A program made the translations under genes and the position numbers. A stretch of 59,606 bases of DNA from a bacterium (GTDB lineage: Bacteria > JAGOBX01): contig DAINAU010000002.1 in NCBI GenBank assembly GCA_036733285.1, forward strand, positions 1 through 59,606, given 5' to 3'. Under the pieces are notes generated by a model. That model was given only the letters and a program-made list of their open reading frames with translations. It was not told the origin of the DNA and did no database searches. Positions 47,934-55,763 of this stretch are shown piece after piece (within the stretch, counting starts at the first letter, position 1; each line of letters begins with the position of its first letter).

Positions 47934-50798
47934 CTATTTTTTTTTATAAGAATTCAAATTGTTTTCAAATATTATGATTTTATTGTCAAAACACAATAAT
48001 AAATCAATATCTCCGTCGCTGTTATAATCGCAGAAATACGACTGATATGCGATAGAATCATTTTGTCTGGCTATATCGGTTTCCATGTTTTCAGAAATAA
48101 AATCCAAATCTTTGTTCTTGAAAATATAATTTTTTTTATTTTTGCAACTGATAAACAAATCGGAATTTCCGTCCCCGTCGTAATCGCCCGAACATACGGA
48201 AGCCGCTTCTGACAAAAGGTCGACCTGCGATTTTGATTCTCTCAAAGCGAGATCTTTTCCCATATTCCAAAACAGCAAATTATTATATAGCCCGCCGTTT
48301 ATCGGAATATTTGAAAAAGTTAAAAAAAGGTCGGTTTTGCCGTCGTTGTTTAAATCGGCAAATTCTGCGCAGGAAATTTTTATATCCGCGTTTTCAATAA
48401 GAATTTTCCTGTCAAAGGATTTTCCGTTTTTGTTTTCGAGCAAAAGAAGATTATTGTTCATAGCAAAATTTGTTTTGCACAAAATATCCGAGTATCCGTC
48501 CTTATTAAAATCCGCGGCTTTTATAAAATCAAACGAATCCGTCATTGATATGCCCAGCTCTGCGTTTGCGTTGGCAAATGTATAATCTTTGATATTTTCA
48601 AAAAGAAAAATCCTGCCGGTCTTCTGAAGAATAAGCAAATCGGGATATCCGTCGGCATTTATTTCCAATATCTGCAAATCTTTTATATCGGAATTGGCGG
48701 AAATTTTAAACTTATTTTCTATCGCTTCAAATTTTCCGTAACTCAATCCTCTGAAAGCTTTCAAAAATCCGTTTTGAAGAATAAGCAAATCATTTTTTCC
48801 GTCATTTTCCAAATCGCAAACAAAAGGTTTGATAAAATTTTCAGTGTCGTCAAGCGTAATCCCCGTATTTACCGGCTCAAATTTTGATTTGCCGTTGTTA
48901 TAAAAAATAATGATATTGAAATCCCGGACGACAATTATATCGGAAAGCCCGTTTCCGTCGACGTCTTCAAAAATCGAAAACGGAATCAGATTATCCGCTA
49001 TCGAAATCAAATTTTCAGAAAAAATTTTCCCCTTAAATTTCGGCGTAACGCTTGTAAATATTTCAGGACTTAAATTTGGAACTTCATCTCCGCATTTTAT
49101 TCCAAGTTTATATTCGTAATCGTTCATAACTCCGGATATGGTAAAAATTCCTATTCCGGGAGCGAGTTTGAATTCCTTTAACGCTTTGTTATCCTTATCG
49201 TAAAGAGTTAACAACTGAAATTCAATATCTCCGTTCAATTCCGGCGAAACCGTCCAAGACGCGGTTATTCGGTTATTTATTCCGGACGCCGTTAAATTTG
49301 AAACTGGAGCCGGAGCGTCAACGTCTGCCGGAATCGCAAATCCTATTTCGAACTCGGAACTTTCATTTAACGATTCGTCGTATGCGGATAAAGCGATTTT
49401 ATATTTTATGCCGTTAGTTACATTTTCAATAAGATAAGAGCTGAAATTTTTTGGAAGATGAACATTTTTTAAAAATTCGTTCTTGTCGTTATACAAGTAT
49501 AAAATATATCCCTTTAAATCATAATCGTTTTGTTTTTTTGAAAGTCTTATTTTAATAGAATTATTTAAAGAATCTACAATCATTTTCGGCGGCTTTGCCG
49601 GAGGGATATCGTCTATGGCAAGCGCTTCGATTTCTTTCCCCTGCGTTTCAGGTCTAAGCGGTTCCTGCAAAGTAACTCTAAAAAGATATTTGTTTCCGTT
49701 AGTAAGATTTTCAACGATGTGGCTCTGCATCTGCGGACCGGCTATTCCAATATATTCCCAAGCTCCGGTTCTTGCATTGTTCTGATAAATCAATTGTCTT
49801 TCGATTTTTCTGTTAATAGACAAATCCCAGTATAATCGTATTCTTTTATCAAAAGGTTCAAACCGTAAATTAACTATTTCTGCCGGTTTTCTTATGTCCA
49901 GCTCAGGTATTTCTGAAAAAGCCTCGTATAAATAATTAGCGCAATATTCAAGCGTTCGCGCAACCTGTTTTACATAATCGGTATTCCAGTCGGTATATGA
50001 AACGTCAAGTCCGGACAGCGAATCGACATTTTTAGATACGACTGCATTTCTATTCAAACCGTCGGACATAGGCAAAAGATTATACATCGTAATCGCGTTC
50101 ATTCTTTTATACGGCTCGGGATTATACATATCCAAAACCGTAAATTTAATGAGATTTACAACGGCTTCTTCAATATTGAATTTATTCTTATATCCGTCAA
50201 ATTTTATCTGCGAATCAAGTTTATATAAATTTTCCGAAGCCGCAAATTTATCAATCTCGGCGAAGTATTCTTTTATAACCTCGTTTTTAGCCGAACCAAA
50301 AGCGGAATTTTTTCCCATACTGTAGGGCCACAACGCCAAACTGCAATAATATTTGGTCATCGTTCCGAGAAAAAAAGCGCCGGCTTCGGCGTTTCCGTTT
50401 TTTATCGAAGACGCGGCTTTATTCATTTCCGATTCTATTATCTGCATAAACCGCCGCATAGAGGCATTATCTTTCAATAATGAAACGTTGTTTTCGTCCG
50501 GCAACGGGATATTGTAATAAAAATTCGAGAGCTGCCTGTAATAATAATCCATATCTATTTGTTTGGTTATGGCGTCAAGCTCAAAGTTTTCTCCGGAAGC
50601 CGCAAGCGCTCCGAATTCAAAATACTTCTTGTATTTTGAAATCCATTCGAATTTCTTTTTTGTATTCTCGTCAAATGAAACAGACTTGTTGAAACTGTAA
50701 TAATATAAATTTAAATTTTTATCGATTATTTGCAAGTCATATCCGTAAGAATACGAAACCGAAAAAATTATCAGGGAGGCAATTAATATTTTTTTCAT
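47934..50798 (-). CDS. Secreted modular protein: degenerate Zn-phospholipase C/P1-like domain, about three Fn3 domains, FG-GAP/VCBS repeats
   Basis: Signal peptide; AFFLG.M.KY...L...Y.MG helix; Fn3 motifs (LTNGNKYLFRV, VTNGIKYKIALSAYDESLNES); D-x-D/N-x-D-G-x-x-D repeats. Confidence 0.75.
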   Translation of the reverse strand: MKKILIASLIIFSVSYSYGYDLQIIDKNLNLYYYSFNKSVSFDENTKKKFEWISKYKKYFEFGALAASGENFELDAITKQIDMDYYYRQLSNFYYNIPLPDENNVSLLKDNASMRRFMQIIESEMNKAASSIKNGNAEAGAFFLGTMTKYYCSLALWPYSMGKNSAFGSAKNEVIKEYFAEIDKFAASENLYKLDSQIKFDGYKNKFNIEEAVVNLIKFTVLDMYNPEPYKRMNAITMYNLLPMSDGLNRNAVVSKNVDSLSGLDVSYTDWNTDYVKQVARTLEYCANYLYEAFSEIPELDIRKPAEIVNLRFEPFDKRIRLYWDLSINRKIERQLIYQNNARTGAWEYIGIAGPQMQSHIVENLTNGNKYLFRVTLQEPLRPETQGKEIEALAIDDIPPAKPPKMIVDSLNNSIKIRLSKKQNDYDLKGYILYLYNDKNEFLKNVHLPKNFSSYLIENVTNGIKYKIALSAYDESLNESSEFEIGFAIPADVDAPAPVSNLTASGINNRITASWTVSPELNGDIEFQLLTLYDKDNKALKEFKLAPGIGIFTISGVMNDYEYKLGIKCGDEVPNLSPEIFTSVTPKFKGKIFSENLISIADNLIPFSIFEDVDGNGLSDIIVVRDFNIIIFYNNGKSKFEPVNTGITLDDTENFIKPFVCDLENDGKNDLLILQNGFLKAFRGLSYGKFEAIENKFKISANSDIKDLQILEINADGYPDLLILQKTGRIFLFENIKDYTFANANAELGISMTDSFDFIKAADFNKDGYSDILCKTNFAMNNNLLLLENKNGKSFDRKILIENADIKISCAEFADLNNDGKTDLFLTFSNIPINGGLYNNLLFWNMGKDLALRESKSQVDLLSEAASVCSGDYDGDGNSDLFISCKNKKNYIFKNKDLDFISENMETDIARQNDSIAYQSYFCDYNSDGDIDLLLCFDNKIIIFENNLNSYKKK

Positions 50799-50895
50799 AA
50801 AAAAAATCCCGATTATATATAAAATTCAGATTATATATAATATTATAATCAAATTTTTAATAGTCAATATTTTTTATAAAATCTTTAAACTTTTT

Positions 50896-53166
50896 TTACC
50901 GAGAAGAATAGGATTGAGCTTCAAGATATTTCTTAAAATAATCCGGACGTATGGAATTTGTCATTCTGAAGTAATACTCCGCTTTGTAATTTTCGTTTAG
51001 TTTATAATACAATAATGCAATCTGCCCGTAATAATACGGATTGTATTTATCGAGTTCAGAAGCCATTAAATAAAAATCTATGGATTTCATATAATTGTTT
51101 GTAAGATAAAATAAATTCGCAATATTATTAATGTATGTTAGATTTTTTTTGTTTTTTTCGTATAAAAACATATAGTAATTCAGAGCTTGAAAATAATTTT
51201 TTTCTTTAATAGAAATGTCGGCGATTTTTTTTATTTCAAAATCCGGCTTATCGTCCGCGACGGCGGAAGAATTTAAAAAGACGTTTGCGAATTCATAATA
51301 TTCGTTATTGAATTCAAAAATTAAATCCTCGGCAAAAGGAATATCGGGATTATACGGTTGATTCAGATTCAGAGGCGGATATTTTTCCCATATATCATTA
51401 ATATCGAATATGCGGTAATCCGAGGTTTGAATATTTTCCAAACCGGTTTTCCATGCGGCGATAAAACTTTTATCTAACGCGGAAACTTCTATAGGCGCGT
51501 AAAATTCGCCGTTTAAGTTGATCAGCATATTCTTAAGATATTCAAATTCGTTTATATTTTCTATTCCGGAATTGAAAGCTATAAAAATATGTTTTGGTTG
51601 AATAATTAATTTTACGTCGATTCCGGCGTTTAAAAATAACGAAGCGAACAAAACGGAAAAATCATCGCAATCGCCGCGTTTAAGTTCGAGCGTTTCCGCG
51701 GGATATTGAATAAAATCGAGCAGTTTTTGTTCGTCGTTATATCCGTGAAACGGATATAAAACGTCTTTTTCATATTTTAATCCGGTAAGTTTTAAAGCGT
51801 TAAACAAGACCGCGGCTTTGTTAATATTCGCGGGAAGCGGAAGTTTGAAACTCTTATTTTTAATAAGTTCCGTTAGTTTTGAATTGAATTTTTCGACAGG
51901 CGAAGATTTCGGAGAAATAAAAACTCCTATCTTTTCCGGCTCGTTCCATAAAAATGAATTTTTGTTAAATATGACGATAGGAATTTTTTCATAATCGACG
52001 TATTCCCTGTTGTTGATTCTATAATAAAATTTCACGGTAAATTGTTTTGAAACAAAATCGCGGATATTAAAAATATTATCGTTGAAATTTATTGGAACGC
52101 ATATTTTTCTTTCCTCGCCGGCTTTAAAAAGAAACGCGTTTTTTTTCGAAGAAACTGCGAATTCGTTGTCTGAAATATCAATATCAATTGAGATTGATTT
52201 ATCCGCCGTATTGACAATACGAAAAACCGTAAAAGGATTGGAACTGCTCGAATAAATGTTTTTTAAACTCGGAAAAAAAACGATTGGTTCCGAAGAATCA
52301 ATTAATTTGACGAAATTTTTAAAACCGAATTTATAACCGAGCGCGAACTTGTAAGAATTTCCGAGTTCCGAATTCAAATCGTTCGAGTAATCAATAAAAA
52401 AATCTTTCGCCAAAAATCTTAATCCGAAAGAATATCTTGCCGAATCGTTTGGAGAAAATTGCTTTTTTAAACCGCCGAACAAATGCAGAATATTCGGAAA
52501 CGCTCTGAATTCTCCGCCGAAATAAAATATTTTTCTGTCGTCGTAATCGGTTCCGAATAGAAATTTTCCGATATTATAGGATAATCCCAATCTTATATAA
52601 TTATCGTCAAAATCGGATTTTACTCCGTCGGAATATTTTATTTTCGGATTGTTAATATTTGCGAACATTACGCCGGCGCGGAAATTACTTTTTGAATAAA
52701 GCAGACCCGCGTCGTAAGAATTGGCGGTTCCGTCATTTTTTACAATCGACAGATAATCCGCGTCTGTATTGTAATTTTTATAAGTAAAGCCAAGACTTAT
52801 GTCTTTGAAAATTTTTCCCGCGAAATTAAATAAAAAATTATTTTGAGCGAACGACAGTTCGCCGTCGTCAAAATTTGCGCCGGCATATCCGGCAATCAAA
52901 CCGAAATTTCTGAACAAGGGAAGCGAATATAAAAGTTGATTATGCTTGACGTCAAGTTTGTAAATATCCGTTGAAAACATATAAATCTCGTGATTATTCA
53001 AAAAAGCCGCGCCCGCAGGGTTATAAAAAACGGATGACGCGTCGTCCGCTATGCCGGTAAATGCCGATATTGAACCGGCTCTCGTCGTATTGATAATCTG
53101 ATAGGCGTCTGCGTTTGACGCGGCGAAAATCGCGAATATAATAAAAAATATTAAATATTTTTTCAT
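50896..53166 (-). CDS. PorV/PorQ (FadL-like) beta-barrel fused to Ig-like, transglutaminase-like and TPR domains
   Basis: AFTGIADDASSVFYNPAG at the N-terminus; barrel end LGNSYKFALGYKF; QYPAETLELKRGDCDDFSVLFASL...KHIF...PIEVS; C-terminal TPRs. Confidence 0.78.
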   Translation of the reverse strand: MKKYLIFFIIFAIFAASNADAYQIINTTRAGSISAFTGIADDASSVFYNPAGAAFLNNHEIYMFSTDIYKLDVKHNQLLYSLPLFRNFGLIAGYAGANFDDGELSFAQNNFLFNFAGKIFKDISLGFTYKNYNTDADYLSIVKNDGTANSYDAGLLYSKSNFRAGVMFANINNPKIKYSDGVKSDFDDNYIRLGLSYNIGKFLFGTDYDDRKIFYFGGEFRAFPNILHLFGGLKKQFSPNDSARYSFGLRFLAKDFFIDYSNDLNSELGNSYKFALGYKFGFKNFVKLIDSSEPIVFFPSLKNIYSSSSNPFTVFRIVNTADKSISIDIDISDNEFAVSSKKNAFLFKAGEERKICVPINFNDNIFNIRDFVSKQFTVKFYYRINNREYVDYEKIPIVIFNKNSFLWNEPEKIGVFISPKSSPVEKFNSKLTELIKNKSFKLPLPANINKAAVLFNALKLTGLKYEKDVLYPFHGYNDEQKLLDFIQYPAETLELKRGDCDDFSVLFASLFLNAGIDVKLIIQPKHIFIAFNSGIENINEFEYLKNMLINLNGEFYAPIEVSALDKSFIAAWKTGLENIQTSDYRIFDINDIWEKYPPLNLNQPYNPDIPFAEDLIFEFNNEYYEFANVFLNSSAVADDKPDFEIKKIADISIKEKNYFQALNYYMFLYEKNKKNLTYINNIANLFYLTNNYMKSIDFYLMASELDKYNPYYYGQIALLYYKLNENYKAEYYFRMTNSIRPDYFKKYLEAQSYSSR

Positions 53167-53183
53167 ATTTTTTTTCCTATTAA

Positions 53184-55763
53184 TTATTTAACATAAATCG
53201 TTTTTTTTAAAACTCCCGAGTTATCTTTGCAGAATAGCGCGTATAATCCGGCAGGAACTTTTTTCCCGTTTTTGTTTTTTCCGTTCCATTTGTTTGTTCT
53301 GTCGCTGAACATCAATTTTCCGTTTAAATCAAATACGCTTATTTCAGCGGAACCGTTAATATTTAAAACCGATATTTCGTCGCCGTCAAATTCAATAACG
53401 CGTTTATTTAAAGAAAGAGACGATGTGATTACCTCCAATGAAACAGGGGGATTCATTGCAGCGGCATATATTCCGGATCTATTAAACGAAGAGGTTATTG
53501 TATTGTTTATCGAATCGTAATATCCCCCCAAATTCAACCACGCAGAATCGCGTCCGTTGTTAAATAAAATGCTGAAATCGCCGGAAACCCCAGAGGACGA
53601 TTTTAAAGCTTTTTTAATAGCCGGAGCAAATACTGATTCTGAAACTTTAACCGTAATCATAAATTTTTTTGCAATAAGGCTGTCGTCAAATTCTATTTTA
53701 TATTTGTCTGAAACAAATATAAGTCCGGGTCCGTTGAAAGAAGCTATCGTTTTATAAACAACGATATCCAGCGGAATATCCGCCGCTTTCAAAGGAAAAT
53801 CCAGTTTTAAATTGCCATTATCCGAAGTAAAAACGGAATATTTGTTTGAAGAAATTTTCATTGTGTCGTTTTTGAATGAAAACGATACCGAGTCCGTTGA
53901 AAAATAAACCGAATCAGTTTCAAATACCGATAATTCGGCAGTATAAGTATCGTCCGGAAAATTCAGCGAATTGAAAGAATAAATTATTCCCGAATCGACC
54001 GGTTGAAAAATATCGGTATCTAAAACAGTATTCCCTGAAAGCGTAAAAATTTTAAAATTATAATAATAAAAATTTGAATCCGATGCCGAGCCGGTAAAAT
54101 TAATTACGCCGCCGCCGTAATTAATATTTTTATCCAGAATAGCGCAGGGCATTTTATTGTCGATAATAATTTTACGATATGCCGGAGTCATTGATTTTTT
54201 GTCTCGAAAAGACTGCTCAACCTGAAAAATATATTCGCCGTCTAAAAGCCCGCCGAATGTTTTTTCAAAAACATAGTCCGGTTCCGAATAACCGGAACCG
54301 TTGATTCTGTAAGAACTTTTAGGCGCTATAATATTTTCCATTTGAATCCATTTGAAAGTAACCGACGTGTCGTGAATAAGATTGTTTCGAGGCTCGTAAA
54401 TCAAAGGCGTGGAAAAATCGGCGTTATTTCCCGTATTATTGAGCGTGAACATAAATTTTGAATTGCAAACCGAATTGTAATCCGCCGGAGAATCCAGGGT
54501 TATGGCAGTGATAATTTTTTCTTCGGTAGCCGCGATAATGTCCATTTTTCCGTCGTTATCAAAATCATTTATAACAGGCGTGGATTCGATTATTTTTTTT
54601 TGAGGCGTATAATAATGATATTTTACTTTATTCATACCATAATTATAAACTTGAATCTCTCCGTTATATGTGGCGATTATTATTTCCATTTCGGTATCGC
54701 CGTCGATATTAGCTATTACAGGGCAGGAAACTCCCGCCGAATCAGAATTCGGGAATCCTGAAAAAAGCTGGGCGGAGTTATCTAAAAAGAGAAACTGTCC
54801 GGGATTTTGGATTTTATTGTAATTGGTCAGTATAAAAAAAATCATATCGCTTGCGCCGTCTCCGTTAAAATCATATATAGCCGGATGACATCTCATCAGC
54901 GCGTTGAAATAATAAGGATAATTCTGAAGATACGCTATTTTTCCGTTTGAGTCGATATTAAAAACATACGCGTTATAATCCCATGCGGTTATTATGAATT
55001 CCTGAATTCCGTCGTTGTCGATATCCGCCGCCGCCGGAGGAGCGTCAATTCTTGCGTTGATTTTACTTGAAAGAATTCTCTCTCCATTATGTTTGAATAT
55101 CGAAAAAACTCCGCCGTTGGCGCAAACCGTGATTTCAAAAAATCCGTCGTTGTCGTAGTCGGTTATAAGCGTTGTTGTTCTGGAGCCCAAATCAAAATTG
55201 TATTGACTGTTTTCGGTATTAGGAACGATTCTTTGAGGCCAGCCGGACAATGATTTGCCCGTGCCGTCAATTACGTAAAGATAACCGTCTAATCCGGCGA
55301 CTATAATATCCGGCGTTCCGTTTCTATCAATGTCGGCAATCGAGGGCGCGCCTCTGATTTCCTGCGTTGTTGCGAATGGAAATCCTTTTGCCAAGGAACC
55401 GTCGAATTTAATAACGTTTAAAAGAGAGTTTTTAGAACCGATTATTATTTCGGCTTTACCGTCGTTATCTATATCCGCTATTGCAGGCGAAGACCATATC
55501 GCGTCGCCTGCAAATACTGGAAAACCCGGTTTTGACGTTCCGTCGCTTTGAACCGCGTAAATATAACCGCTTTTATCGCCTGCAATATATTCTTTTATTC
55601 CGTCCGCGTCTATATCCGCTACGGCTCCGTTTCCATAAAAATCTCCGAATGACGTATATGGAAATCCGTCTAATACGCGGAAACTTGCGGTTTCGCAGTA
55701 TCCCTGACAAATCCCGCATACGACAATAAAAATAATCGAAGCCGCAATAATTGTTCTATTCAT
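53184..55763 (-). CDS. FG-GAP repeat protein with Ig-like domains and a FlgD-Ig/T9SS-like C-terminal domain
   Basis: Signal peptide; repeated SSPAIADIDNDG; C-terminus ISVFDLNGK...WNGKNKNGKKVPAGLY...KKTIYVK. Confidence 0.82.
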   Translation of the reverse strand: MNRTIIAASIIFIVVCGICQGYCETASFRVLDGFPYTSFGDFYGNGAVADIDADGIKEYIAGDKSGYIYAVQSDGTSKPGFPVFAGDAIWSSPAIADIDNDGKAEIIIGSKNSLLNVIKFDGSLAKGFPFATTQEIRGAPSIADIDRNGTPDIIVAGLDGYLYVIDGTGKSLSGWPQRIVPNTENSQYNFDLGSRTTTLITDYDNDGFFEITVCANGGVFSIFKHNGERILSSKINARIDAPPAAADIDNDGIQEFIITAWDYNAYVFNIDSNGKIAYLQNYPYYFNALMRCHPAIYDFNGDGASDMIFFILTNYNKIQNPGQFLFLDNSAQLFSGFPNSDSAGVSCPVIANIDGDTEMEIIIATYNGEIQVYNYGMNKVKYHYYTPQKKIIESTPVINDFDNDGKMDIIAATEEKIITAITLDSPADYNSVCNSKFMFTLNNTGNNADFSTPLIYEPRNNLIHDTSVTFKWIQMENIIAPKSSYRINGSGYSEPDYVFEKTFGGLLDGEYIFQVEQSFRDKKSMTPAYRKIIIDNKMPCAILDKNINYGGGVINFTGSASDSNFYYYNFKIFTLSGNTVLDTDIFQPVDSGIIYSFNSLNFPDDTYTAELSVFETDSVYFSTDSVSFSFKNDTMKISSNKYSVFTSDNGNLKLDFPLKAADIPLDIVVYKTIASFNGPGLIFVSDKYKIEFDDSLIAKKFMITVKVSESVFAPAIKKALKSSSGVSGDFSILFNNGRDSAWLNLGGYYDSINNTITSSFNRSGIYAAAMNPPVSLEVITSSLSLNKRVIEFDGDEISVLNINGSAEISVFDLNGKLMFSDRTNKWNGKNKNGKKVPAGLYALFCKDNSGVLKKTIYVK

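Noticed and set aside
47547-47999. 150-aa plus-strand ORF (and the many other 60-125-aa antisense ORFs in the track)
   Set aside because: They lie opposite well-supported genes, have no recognisable motifs, and are best explained as shadow frames.
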